Of a stretch of DNA of 64,000 bases, positions 43,783 through 52,961 are shown piece by piece. The stretch is from an uncultured Gammaproteobacteria bacterium. Lineage in GTDB: Bacteria; Pseudomonadota; Gammaproteobacteria; Steroidobacterales; Steroidobacteraceae. The stretch is from assembly GCA_963805965.1 (NCBI GenBank), contig CAWDVQ010000011.1, positions 235,802-299,801 of the forward strand. Reading direction: 5' to 3'. Position 1 is the first letter of the stretch; every line of letters begins with the position of its first letter. The notes beneath the pieces were generated by a model that ran no database searches, was not told the origin of the DNA, and saw only the letters and a program-made list of their open reading frames with translations. The position numbers and the translations under genes were made by a program.

Positions 43783-46193
43783 AGTCCAGTGCACGAGCGG
43801 TGATCATCGGCGGCGGCGTGGTGGGCGCCAGCGTGCTCTATCACCTGGCGAAGATTGGCTGGACCGACCTGCTGCTGATCGAGCAGAGTGAACTGGCGGC
43901 CGGTTCGACCTGGCACGCGGCCGGCGGCATGCACACCTTCAACGGCGAGGCCAATATCTCGCGGCTGCAGAAATACACCATCGATCTGTATCGCGAGATT
44001 GAGGCGCTGTCCGGCCAATCCTGCGGCCTGCATCCCAACGGCGGCCTGATGCTGGCCGCAAGCACCGGCGAACTCGACAGCCTGAAACTGATCTGTTCGC
44101 GCGCGCGCTACCTCGGCATGGAAACCGAGATGATTTCGCTCGACCAGGCCCGGCAGCTCAATCCGCTGATCGATACCAGCCATTTCATCGGCGCGCTGTG
44201 GCGCGCGGACGGCGGGCATTGCGACCCGTCCGGTACCACGCACGCCTACGTCAAGGCGGCGCGGCAGCTCGGCGCCTCGGTGGAGCGCTTCACGCGTGTG
44301 CGCTCGCTGGCGCAGCGGCGCGACCGCTCGTGGGATGTGATCACCGACAAGGGTGCGGTGCACGCCGAGCATGTGGTCAACTGCGCCGGCCTGTGGGCGC
44401 GCGAGGTTGGCCACATGGTCGGTATCGAACTGCCGGTGCTGGCGATGGAGCACCACTACCTTATTACCGAGGACATTCCCGAGCTGGCCGGTCGCGAGCG
44501 CGAGATCGTCAACACCACCGACTATGCGGGCGAGATCTACATGCGCCAGGAGCGCGGCGGCGCGCTGATCGGGACCTACGAGCCGCAGGGCGTGATCTGG
44601 TCGGCGCTGAAGACTCCGGATGAGTTTTCGATGCAGCTCCTGCCGGATGACTTCGAGCGCCTGGCGCCGTACTTCGAGGTCGGGTTCCAGCATTTCCCGG
44701 CGCTCGGCCGCGCGGGCATCCGCAAGGCGATCAACGGCCCGTTTACCTTCGCTCCCGACGGCAATCCGCTGGTCGGTCCGGTGCGCGGCCTCAGCAATTA
44801 CTGGGTGGCCTGCGCGGTGATGGCGGGTTTCAGCCAGGGCGGTGGCATCGGCCTGGTGCTGTCGCGCTGGATGGCTCACAACGATCCCGGCCAGGACATC
44901 CTGTCGATGGACGTGGCGCGCTTCGGCGCATTTGCCACGCCCCGATACACGTCGCTCAAGGTGCCGGAGAATTACTCGCGCCGCTTCCGACTGGCCTACC
45001 CGAACGAGGAGTTGGCGGCCGCCCGACCGGTGCGCCGTTCACCGATCTACGATCGGCTGCGGGCAGCCGGCGCCGTGATGGGGGCCAACTTTGGCCTTGA
45101 GCATGCGCTCTGGTTCGCGCCGGAGGGTGTGGCGCCGACCGAGACGCCGACGTATCGGCGCTCGGAAGCCTTCGACTACGTACGGGCCGAATGCCGGGCG
45201 GTGCGCTCCGCTGTCGGCCTGTACGAGACCACCAACTACGGTAAATACGAGGTCACGGGCCGCGGCGCGCGCGCCTGGCTGGATCGGGTGTTTGCCAGCC
45301 GCATACCCGCAGTAGGACGGCTTGGGCTCGCGCCGATGCTCAGCCCCGCCGGCCGCATCATCGGCGACCTGACGATTGCCTGCCTGGCCGACGATCGCTT
45401 CATGATCGTGGGCTCTGGTTTTGCCGAGGAATTTCACCTGCGCTGGTTCGCAGGCCAAGAGCCTCCACCCGACGTGTTCGTACGCTCGGGCGCCTCGACG
45501 CTGTGCGGGGTGTCGATCGCCGGTCCGCAGTCGCGCGCACTGTTGCAGCAACTGGTGCGAACAGATCTGTCGGCCGCGGCATTCAAGTTGTTCCACCTGC
45601 GGCAAACAGCGGTCGGACTGGCGCCGGCGATCCTGACCCGGGCCGGTTTTACCGGTGAACTCGGCTACGAGATCTGGACCACGCCGGATTATTTCGCGAC
45701 GCTCTACGATGAGCTGTGGGAGTCGGGGCGCTCGCTGGGGCTTACGCATTTCGGCGGCCGCGCGCTGTCGTCGCTGCGGCTGGAGAAGGCGTATGGATCG
45801 TTCAACAAGGACTTCCGTCCCGACTACACCGCAGCTGAAACCGGACTCGATCGCTTCATCGATTTCGGCAAATCCGAATTCGCCGGCCGCGAAGCAGCGC
45901 TCGCCGAGCGTGCGGCCGGGCCGGCGCGCCGCTTCGTCGTCATGGAGGTTGCGGATGCCGATGCCGACGTGATCGGCTATGAGTCGATCATCAAGGATGG
46001 CGCGGCCGTGGGCTACGTGACTTCGGGCGCCTACGGGCACTGCATCGGCAGAAGCCTTGCCGCAGGTTATGTGCCCGCCGGCCTGGCGCGCGACGGGGAG
46101 CGGTTCGAAATCGACATCCTGGGCGAGATGCGCACCGCCACGGTGCATCTGCAGCCGCTGTACGATCCGGAGGGAGTGCGGCTGCGTGGCTAG
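43779..46193 (+). CDS. dimethylglycine/sarcosine dehydrogenase-family flavoprotein, paralog 2
   Basis: 804 aa and colinear with 21655-24066 (AVIIGGGVVGASVLYHL, AGSTWHAAGGMH, GFTGELGYEIW). By eye, roughly 60 percent of positions are identical. Confidence 0.88.
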   Translation: MKSSARAVIIGGGVVGASVLYHLAKIGWTDLLLIEQSELAAGSTWHAAGGMHTFNGEANISRLQKYTIDLYREIEALSGQSCGLHPNGGLMLAASTGELDSLKLICSRARYLGMETEMISLDQARQLNPLIDTSHFIGALWRADGGHCDPSGTTHAYVKAARQLGASVERFTRVRSLAQRRDRSWDVITDKGAVHAEHVVNCAGLWAREVGHMVGIELPVLAMEHHYLITEDIPELAGREREIVNTTDYAGEIYMRQERGGALIGTYEPQGVIWSALKTPDEFSMQLLPDDFERLAPYFEVGFQHFPALGRAGIRKAINGPFTFAPDGNPLVGPVRGLSNYWVACAVMAGFSQGGGIGLVLSRWMAHNDPGQDILSMDVARFGAFATPRYTSLKVPENYSRRFRLAYPNEELAAARPVRRSPIYDRLRAAGAVMGANFGLEHALWFAPEGVAPTETPTYRRSEAFDYVRAECRAVRSAVGLYETTNYGKYEVTGRGARAWLDRVFASRIPAVGRLGLAPMLSPAGRIIGDLTIACLADDRFMIVGSGFAEEFHLRWFAGQEPPPDVFVRSGASTLCGVSIAGPQSRALLQQLVRTDLSAAAFKLFHLRQTAVGLAPAILTRAGFTGELGYEIWTTPDYFATLYDELWESGRSLGLTHFGGRALSSLRLEKAYGSFNKDFRPDYTAAETGLDRFIDFGKSEFAGREAALAERAAGPARRFVVMEVADADADVIGYESIIKDGAAVGYVTSGAYGHCIGRSLAAGYVPAGLARDGERFEIDILGEMRTATVHLQPLYDPEGVRLRG

Positions 46194-46307
46194 AGCGAGC
46201 GCGCTGAATTGACGACGCCCGGACGAACGGAGAAGCTTGTCGTGTCGTGCAGTGTCACCCGCTGGCCTTATTATTAATTAACGCACGCGCTTCGGGACGG
46301 AGAAATT

Positions 46308-47372
46308 ATGAAAGCCCTGTTCGGCAATGTGCTGCTGCTGGCCCTCGTGCTCCACGGGACCGCGGTGGCCGACGATGCCAAGAAACTGCGCCTCATCACC
46401 TGGGCCGACTACGCGCCGGCCGAGGTGATCGCGCAGTTCAAGCAGGAGACCGGCATCCAGGTGGAAGTGACACTGTCGAACAACGAGGAAATCATCTCCA
46501 AGCTGCGCGCCACCGGCGGCGCCGGCTTCGACCTGGCGCAGCCGTCGCAGGACCGCATCACCGGAGTGCAGCGCGAATTCGGCATCTACAAGCCGATCGA
46601 TCTGAGCCAGATCAAGATCGAGCAATTCACCCCGGAGATACTCGAGGTCACGCGCAAGAACACCACGCTGGATGGCAAGCTATACGGACTGCCCTACCTG
46701 TGGGGTGCCGACGGGCTGGTGGTCAACACCAAATACGCGAAGCTCGCCGACTATCCGGACCTGTGCCGGCAGGACCTCAAGGGCAAGACCTCGCTGCGGC
46801 TGCGCCGGCCGGTGCTGATGGCGTTTGCGTTCGCGGCCGGCAAGGATCCATTTGCGTTGTATGGCGATCCCAAGGCCTATGCGGCGCTGATGGAGAACGT
46901 CGGCGCGACACTGTCGGCCTGCAAGTCGATCGTGCGGTTCTTCTACGACAACAAGGACCAGCTGCTCAACGGCATGCGCTCCGGTGAGATCGTTGCCGCG
47001 ATGATGTGGGATACCGGCGGCTGGACGCTCAATCGCCAGGATCCGAACATCCAGTTCATCGTGCCCAAATCCGGCGCCATGGGCTGGCTGGATACCTTCG
47101 CGCTGCCGGCTCGCGGCCGCAACGACGCCGCCGCTTACGCCTGGATCAATTTCACCATGCGGCCGGACGTGGCCGCGAAGATCACCAATGCGGTCGGCAA
47201 CTGGACCGCCGCGCGCGGCACGGAAAGCCTGGTCAACCAGAAATTCCGGGCGCAGTTCAACGCCAGTTTTCCGGGCGGTGCATTCAAGGACATTCACTGG
47301 TACCCCGCGATTCCGTCGGGTGTAGAGGAAACCGAAGGGCGCATCCTGGATCGCATCAAGGCCGCCAATTGA
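46308..47372 (+). CDS. PotD/PotF-family ABC substrate-binding protein
   Basis: Signal peptide MKALFGNVLLLALVLHGTAVA. LITWADY, YGLPYLWG and GWLDTFALP motifs. Confidence 0.8.
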   Translation: MKALFGNVLLLALVLHGTAVADDAKKLRLITWADYAPAEVIAQFKQETGIQVEVTLSNNEEIISKLRATGGAGFDLAQPSQDRITGVQREFGIYKPIDLSQIKIEQFTPEILEVTRKNTTLDGKLYGLPYLWGADGLVVNTKYAKLADYPDLCRQDLKGKTSLRLRRPVLMAFAFAAGKDPFALYGDPKAYAALMENVGATLSACKSIVRFFYDNKDQLLNGMRSGEIVAAMMWDTGGWTLNRQDPNIQFIVPKSGAMGWLDTFALPARGRNDAAAYAWINFTMRPDVAAKITNAVGNWTAARGTESLVNQKFRAQFNASFPGGAFKDIHWYPAIPSGVEETEGRILDRIKAAN

Positions 47373-47382
47373 GGATCGCCTG

Positions 47383-48492
47383 GTGAGCACCCCAGACCTG
47401 AGCGTGGAGCAGCTCGACAAGCGCTTCGCTGATCACGTGGCGGTCGACCGGCTGTCGTTCGCGGTCGAGCGTGGCAGTTTTTTCTCCATTCTCGGGCCGT
47501 CCGGCTGCGGCAAGACCACGCTGCTGCGGATGATTGCCGGATTCACGCTGCCCGACAGCGGCGACATCCGCATCGGCGGCCACAGCATGCGCGAGGTCGC
47601 TCCCAATCGCCGCCCGGTCAACATGGTGTTCCAGCATCTGGCGCTGTTTCCGATGATGTCGGTGGGAGAGAACGTCGGTTTCGGCCTGGCGCGGCGCGGG
47701 GTGAACAAGGCCGAGCGCACGCGCCGGGCCGCAGCCATGCTCGAGCGCGTGGGCCTGGCAGGGGCTGCCGGCAAACGGGTCGAGGAACTGTCGGGCGGAC
47801 AGCGCCAGCGGGTCGCAATCGCCCGCAGCCTGGTGCTCGAGCCGACACTGCTGCTGCTCGATGAGCCGCTGGGCGCACTCGATCTGAAGTTGCGCGAACA
47901 CATGAAAATCGAGCTCAAGCAGCTGCAGGCGGCCTTCGGCACCACGTTCGTCTACATCACGCACGACCAGTCCGAGGCGCTGGTGCTATCGGACCACGTG
48001 GCGGTGATGAACCGCGGCCGTTTCGAGCAGATCGGCACCCCGCAACAGCTCTACTACGAACCGGCCACGGCGTTCGTCGCCGGCTTCGTCGGTGCCAACA
48101 ATCGCATCCCCGGGCGCGCAGTGAGTGTCGACGGCGAAGTGGTGGAGCTGCACACGCCGCAGGGTTGGTCGGTGCGCGCCCGTCGCAGTGGAGCGGTTGC
48201 GGCGGGAGACTCAGTCGCGGCGTTCGTACGCCCGGAAGTCGCCAGCATCGAGCTCGACGCCGCGCAGCTGCCGCCGCAGATGCTGCGCTACGCGGGCGAA
48301 GTCCAGAGCCTGCTGTTCGATGGCGCCAACTCCGCGGTGCTGATCGTGGAACAGCAAAGCCGCTTCGAATTTCGCGTCGCGCTGCCACAGACCGGGCGGC
48401 TGGCGGACCTGAAAACCGGCGCGCAGGTATTCTTTGGCTTCGATCCGCAGCGCGCGATCTGCTTCACCGCCGCCGGCAGCACCCATGTCTGA
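47383..48492 (+). CDS. ABC transporter ATP-binding protein (PotA-like, with C-terminal TOBE-type region)
   Basis: Walker A GPSGCGKTT, LSGGQRQRVAIARSL, LLLLDEPLGALD. Confidence 0.9.
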   Translation: MSTPDLSVEQLDKRFADHVAVDRLSFAVERGSFFSILGPSGCGKTTLLRMIAGFTLPDSGDIRIGGHSMREVAPNRRPVNMVFQHLALFPMMSVGENVGFGLARRGVNKAERTRRAAAMLERVGLAGAAGKRVEELSGGQRQRVAIARSLVLEPTLLLLDEPLGALDLKLREHMKIELKQLQAAFGTTFVYITHDQSEALVLSDHVAVMNRGRFEQIGTPQQLYYEPATAFVAGFVGANNRIPGRAVSVDGEVVELHTPQGWSVRARRSGAVAAGDSVAAFVRPEVASIELDAAQLPPQMLRYAGEVQSLLFDGANSAVLIVEQQSRFEFRVALPQTGRLADLKTGAQVFFGFDPQRAICFTAAGSTHV

Positions 48493-49369
48493 ATCCGCCA
48501 GCAGCGCAGTGTGGCGGCGCCGGATGCTGCTGGCGGTGCTGCTTACGCCGGCGCTGCTGTGGCTGTTTGCGCTGATCATCCTGCCGCACGTGCAGCTGGC
48601 GCTGCTGTCGTTTCGCGAGCGCATCGCCCCGCGCACCTATGCGGCCAGCCTGATGCAGTACCGGACATTCTTTTCCGAGCCGCTGTACTGGGGGGTGTTC
48701 GTGCGTACCGCGATCATGTCGGCGCTCGCCACCGCACTGACGTTGCTGGTGGCGTTTCCGGTGGCGTGGATCATCGCCAAGGTCGCGCGCGGCCGCACCA
48801 GCTCGCTGCTGTTCGTGCTGTGCCTGATTCCGTTCTGGGTCAGCGAAACGGTGCGTGCGCTCGGCTGGCTGATCCTGCTGCGCCAATCCGGCGTGCTGCC
48901 GACGCTGCTGGTGCGCCTGGGCATCACGGCGGTGCCGGTGGAACTGCTCTACCACAATGCCACCATCCTGGTCGGACTGATCTATACCTCGCTGCTGTTC
49001 ATGGTGGTGCCGCTGGTGAGCAGCCTCGAGAGCCTGGACAACTCGCTGATCGAGGCGGCCTATAACCTTGGCGCCAAGGGACCTGCGATCCTGCGGCAGA
49101 TCGTCATTCCGCACGCCGCGCCCGGAATCACCTCCGGCTGCATCGTGGTGTTCATGCTCACGCTCGGCAATTACCTCACGCCCAATCTGCTGGGCGGCAA
49201 GAACTCGCAGTGGTTCACCGAGCTGATCTACACACAGTTCATCGTGCGCTTCAACTGGGAGCAGGGGGCGGCGTTCGGCTTTCTGCTGCTGGCGCTGTCC
49301 ACCGGCATGGTCGCACTCGGGCTGCGGGCCAGCGGCCAGCGCTTCGTCGACGTGATGCGGCGCGCATGA
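48485..49369 (+). CDS. ABC transporter permease (PotB-like)
   Basis: BPD fold with the EAAYNLGAKGPAILRQIVIPHAAPG EAA loop. 8-nt overlap with the ATPase stop. Confidence 0.85.
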   Translation: MSESASSAVWRRRMLLAVLLTPALLWLFALIILPHVQLALLSFRERIAPRTYAASLMQYRTFFSEPLYWGVFVRTAIMSALATALTLLVAFPVAWIIAKVARGRTSSLLFVLCLIPFWVSETVRALGWLILLRQSGVLPTLLVRLGITAVPVELLYHNATILVGLIYTSLLFMVVPLVSSLESLDNSLIEAAYNLGAKGPAILRQIVIPHAAPGITSGCIVVFMLTLGNYLTPNLLGGKNSQWFTELIYTQFIVRFNWEQGAAFGFLLLALSTGMVALGLRASGQRFVDVMRRA

Positions 49370-50256
49370 TCGCCTCGCTGCCACGTCCGGCCTGGCTGCG
49401 TGCCGCCACCGCGCTGTACCTGGGCGCGTTCCTGTTGTTCCTGTTCGTGCCGCTGACGGTAGTGGCGGTGTTCGCGTTCAACAATGCGCCCTATCCGGCG
49501 CCGCCGTGGCACGGCTTCACGCTCGACTGGTTCCTAGGTAACCCGGCCGCCGGCCGCGTCGGCCTGTTTCACGATGCGGAACTGCTCGGCAGCATCTGGA
49601 CCAGCGTCGTGGTCGCGAGCTGGGTGACCGCGCTGTCGGTGCTGGTGGGCACGGCGAATGCGTTCCTGATGGAGCGTTATCAATTCCCGGGCAAGCAGCT
49701 GCTGTCGGTGCTGATGCTGGTGCCGCTGGTGATCCCGGGTGTCATCCTCGGCATCTCCATCCTGGCGTTCTGCAGTCGACTGGCGGAACTTGCCGATAGC
49801 CTGTGGGGGCTCGATCTGGATTTCCTGCGGCCGGGCCTGGTGCTGGTGGTGCTCGGGCAGTTCTCGTTCGTGGCTACGATCGCCACGCTGATGATCAGCG
49901 CGCGGCTGAAGCGCTTTGATCGAACGCTTGAAGAGGCGGCGCTCAATCTGGGCGCCTCGCAGGCGGCGGTATTGCGCACCATCACGTTCCCCTACCTGCG
50001 TCCGGCGCTGATCGGTTCGGCGGCGATCTCATTTCTGATGTCGTTCGAGAACTTCAATACCACGCTGATGCTGGTGGGCGAGGACGCGCCGCTCACGGTG
50101 CTGATGTACGGCCGGATGCGCGAGGGCGCCAGCCCGGTGCTGAACGCGGTGAGCCTGTTTCTGATGCTGGCCTCGGCGTTGCTGGCGCTGTCTCTGATGC
50201 GCACCGGGCGCCGCGGCGCCGAACGGACCGCGGCCGCGGCCGCGGACGCGGCCTAG
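49366..50256 (+). CDS. ABC transporter permease (PotC-like)
   Basis: EAALNLGASQAAVLRTITFPYLRPA EAA loop. ATGA overlap with the upstream permease. Confidence 0.85.
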   Translation: MIASLPRPAWLRAATALYLGAFLLFLFVPLTVVAVFAFNNAPYPAPPWHGFTLDWFLGNPAAGRVGLFHDAELLGSIWTSVVVASWVTALSVLVGTANAFLMERYQFPGKQLLSVLMLVPLVIPGVILGISILAFCSRLAELADSLWGLDLDFLRPGLVLVVLGQFSFVATIATLMISARLKRFDRTLEEAALNLGASQAAVLRTITFPYLRPALIGSAAISFLMSFENFNTTLMLVGEDAPLTVLMYGRMREGASPVLNAVSLFLMLASALLALSLMRTGRRGAERTAAAAADAA

Positions 50257-51512
50257 ACCTTGATGCCGGTAGCGCGCTCCTGATCCTGCACCAGGCGCCG
50301 CGCCGACCAGAAGAAATGAAACGTGGCCCAGAAGCCGGTCGGCGCCAGGCACAGCAATGCCAGACGCAGCGATGCGGCATTGGCGATGTGGCCGGGTGCG
50401 AACCAGTCGCTCAGCAAGCCCACGGCCTGTGGCGCTACCACCAGGTTGAACACGTTGGCGACGAACAGCACCACGCAGCAGAACATGGCGCGCATGCGCG
50501 GCTCGGCCAGGTTATTCAGTAACCCGTAGCCCGGCCCGATATAAAAATATATCGACGGAATGAACACCCAGAACAGCGCCGTCGACAGCCGCAGCGAGTG
50601 GCTCCAGTAGATCACGATCGAGATCACCGTCGATACGCCGATGACGCTGCCGAGCAGCCATACGATGCGCCTGGGGTTGGCCATCCAGGGTTGCGCCAGC
50701 AGCCAGGCGGTCAACAGCGAGGCGGCGATGCCCCCATACAGATGAATCGGTGCGGTGATCGCGCCGGCCTGGCCTGCGCTGAGTGAATAGCTGCGCATCA
50801 GGAACGTCGGCGTCCACCACATCAGTCCCCAGCCCCACAGCGCACACACCGATGTGGCCAGCACCACATGCACAGCGGCACGCTGGCTCCAGAGATATTG
50901 CATCGTGACCCAGAATGACGGGCTGTCGGCATGCAGCCGCTGGTCGAGGCAGCCGCGCCGCGGTTCGCGCACCGTGGCGAACATCCACACGCCAAATACG
51001 ATGCCGGCGGCGCCGAGCCACAGGAATACCGTGCGCCAACCATAAAGATCGGATATGCGGCCGGTAAAGTCGGCCGCGATCCAGGCCCCGATCGGTGCGC
51101 CGAGGGCAAAGATGGTCAGCGCCATCGGCCGCCGCACGCATGGGAAATAATCCGACAGGATCGAGTTCGCGGCCGGAGTGCCGCCGGCTTCGCCAACCCC
51201 CACGCCGAGGCGCGATAACTGCAGCTGGCGGTAACTGCCCGACAGTCCCGTGCAGATCGTCATCGCTGACCAGGCCAACACCGAGCAGGTGAGGATAATG
51301 CGGCGGCTGTAGCGGTCGGTGAGCCAGGACAGCGGGAAGCCAAACACCACGTAGAACAGCGCGAGCGAGGTGCCGGTCAGGAATGCGATCCCGGAATCCG
51401 TCAGGTGCAGTTCCAGGCGGATCGGTTCCAGCACCGTGGAGATCGCGTAGCGGTCGGCGATACTGAGCGTATAGACCGCCACCATCATCAGCAGCACGTA
51501 CCAGCGCGCCAT
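50253..51512 (-). CDS. MFS transporter (Spinster-like; N-terminus uncertain)
   Basis: WYVLLMMVAVYTLSIADRYAISTVLEPIRLELHLTDS and 12 hydrophobic segments. Its TAG stop overlaps the TAG of the convergent permease (CTAG at 50253-50256). Confidence 0.75.
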   Translation of the reverse strand: MARWYVLLMMVAVYTLSIADRYAISTVLEPIRLELHLTDSGIAFLTGTSLALFYVVFGFPLSWLTDRYSRRIILTCSVLAWSAMTICTGLSGSYRQLQLSRLGVGVGEAGGTPAANSILSDYFPCVRRPMALTIFALGAPIGAWIAADFTGRISDLYGWRTVFLWLGAAGIVFGVWMFATVREPRRGCLDQRLHADSPSFWVTMQYLWSQRAAVHVVLATSVCALWGWGLMWWTPTFLMRSYSLSAGQAGAITAPIHLYGGIAASLLTAWLLAQPWMANPRRIVWLLGSVIGVSTVISIVIYWSHSLRLSTALFWVFIPSIYFYIGPGYGLLNNLAEPRMRAMFCCVVLFVANVFNLVVAPQAVGLLSDWFAPGHIANAASLRLALLCLAPTGFWATFHFFWSARRLVQDQERATGIKV

Positions 51513-51754
51513 GAAGGACGCCTGGCTGGCATCGACCGAAACCGGCTCCAGGGCGGCAGGGACTGAAATTTTGCTGGCCCCCGTGCTGATTATGAGATGC
51601 CGACGCTGCCTCGCGCCGAGCCATGGTACTGCTTTTGAGGCGGGTACGCAGGCCCGGGCGCTGCCGGATGCCTTTGTTTGCTGAGCCATGCGCCTTTTCT
51701 GTATGCGTGTGGGCATCTGAGCGCACCGGTTTGCGTCTATGCTTTCGCCACCGT

Positions 51755-52942
51755 ATGAAGCTTACGGACATCAGGACGTTCGTGGTCGGCAATCCGCCGC
51801 CGCACTTCGGCGGCCGCTGGTTCGTGTTCGTCAAACTGACCACCAACGACAACGTCACCGGGATCGGTGAATCGTACGGCGTGCCGTTTGACCCGCACTT
51901 GGTTGCCAGGATGCTCGAGGATGTATTCGGCCGCTATCTCGTGGGGCAGGATCCGCACGACATCGAACTGCTGTGGCGACGTGTCTATTCCGGCGGCTTC
52001 ACGCAGCATCCGGACCTCACCATGATGGGTGTGCTCAGCGCGCTCGAGATGGCGTGCTGGGACATCATCGGCAAGGCGGCCGGCCAGCCGGTCTACAAAC
52101 TGCTGGGCGGGCAGGTACACGAGCGCCTGCGCTCCTACACCTATATTTATCCGCGGCCCGACCAGGGCAGCGAGATCTATCACGATGCCGAATTGTCGGC
52201 TGAGCGCGCCCAGGATTACCTGCGCCAGGGCTTCACGGCGCTGAAATTCGATCCGGTCGGCCCGTACAGCGCCTTCGATGGGCGGCAGTTGTCGCTCGAA
52301 GCGCTGGACCGTTCCGAGCAGTTTGCGCGCGTGTTGCGCGAGGCGGTCGGATCAAAGGCCGATCTGCTGTTCGGTACCCACGGCCAGATGACCGCCGCCG
52401 CGGCCATCCGGCTGGCGCGCCGGCTGGAGCGCTACGACCCACTGTGGCTCGAGGAGCCGGTGCCGCCGGACAGCCCGGAAGAGATGGCGCGCGTGGCGCG
52501 TGCGACCACGATTCCGATTGCGACCGGCGAGCGGCTCACGACCAAGTACGACTTTGCGCGCCTGTTGCAGGCCGGCGCCGCCGCGATTTTCCAGATGAAC
52601 CTGGGTCGAGTCGGCGGCCTGCTGGAAGCCAAGAAGATCGCCGCCATGGCCGAGACGCAGCATGTGCAGATTGCGCCGCATCTGTATTGCGGCCCGGTGG
52701 TCGGTGCCGCGAATATCCAGCTGGCAACCTGCAGCCCGAATTTCCTGATACTGGAGAGCATCGAGCGCTGGCAGGGTTTCCACTCCGAAATCCTGATGAA
52801 GCCGATCCAGTGGCAGGACGGCTACGTGATTCCGCCAACCGGCGCCGGGCTCGGCGTTGAGCTCAATGAGGAAGTCGCGCTCAGGAATCCGTATCATGGC
52901 CGGCAGCTGCACCTGGAAATGCATCCCGCGCCGGTCACCTGA
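51755..52942 (+). CDS. enolase-superfamily enzyme (mandelate racemase/galactonate-dehydratase-like)
   Basis: MKLTDIRTFVV....WFVFVKLTTNDNVTGIGE, SALEMACWDIIGKAAGQPVYKLLGG, LWLEEP and IATGE are metal-ligand and capping motifs of the MR/DgoD subgroup. Track ORF trimmed. Confidence 0.85.
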   Translation: MKLTDIRTFVVGNPPPHFGGRWFVFVKLTTNDNVTGIGESYGVPFDPHLVARMLEDVFGRYLVGQDPHDIELLWRRVYSGGFTQHPDLTMMGVLSALEMACWDIIGKAAGQPVYKLLGGQVHERLRSYTYIYPRPDQGSEIYHDAELSAERAQDYLRQGFTALKFDPVGPYSAFDGRQLSLEALDRSEQFARVLREAVGSKADLLFGTHGQMTAAAAIRLARRLERYDPLWLEEPVPPDSPEEMARVARATTIPIATGERLTTKYDFARLLQAGAAAIFQMNLGRVGGLLEAKKIAAMAETQHVQIAPHLYCGPVVGAANIQLATCSPNFLILESIERWQGFHSEILMKPIQWQDGYVIPPTGAGLGVELNEEVALRNPYHGRQLHLEMHPAPVT

Positions 52943-52961
52943 AGGGCGCTGCGCGATGGTG

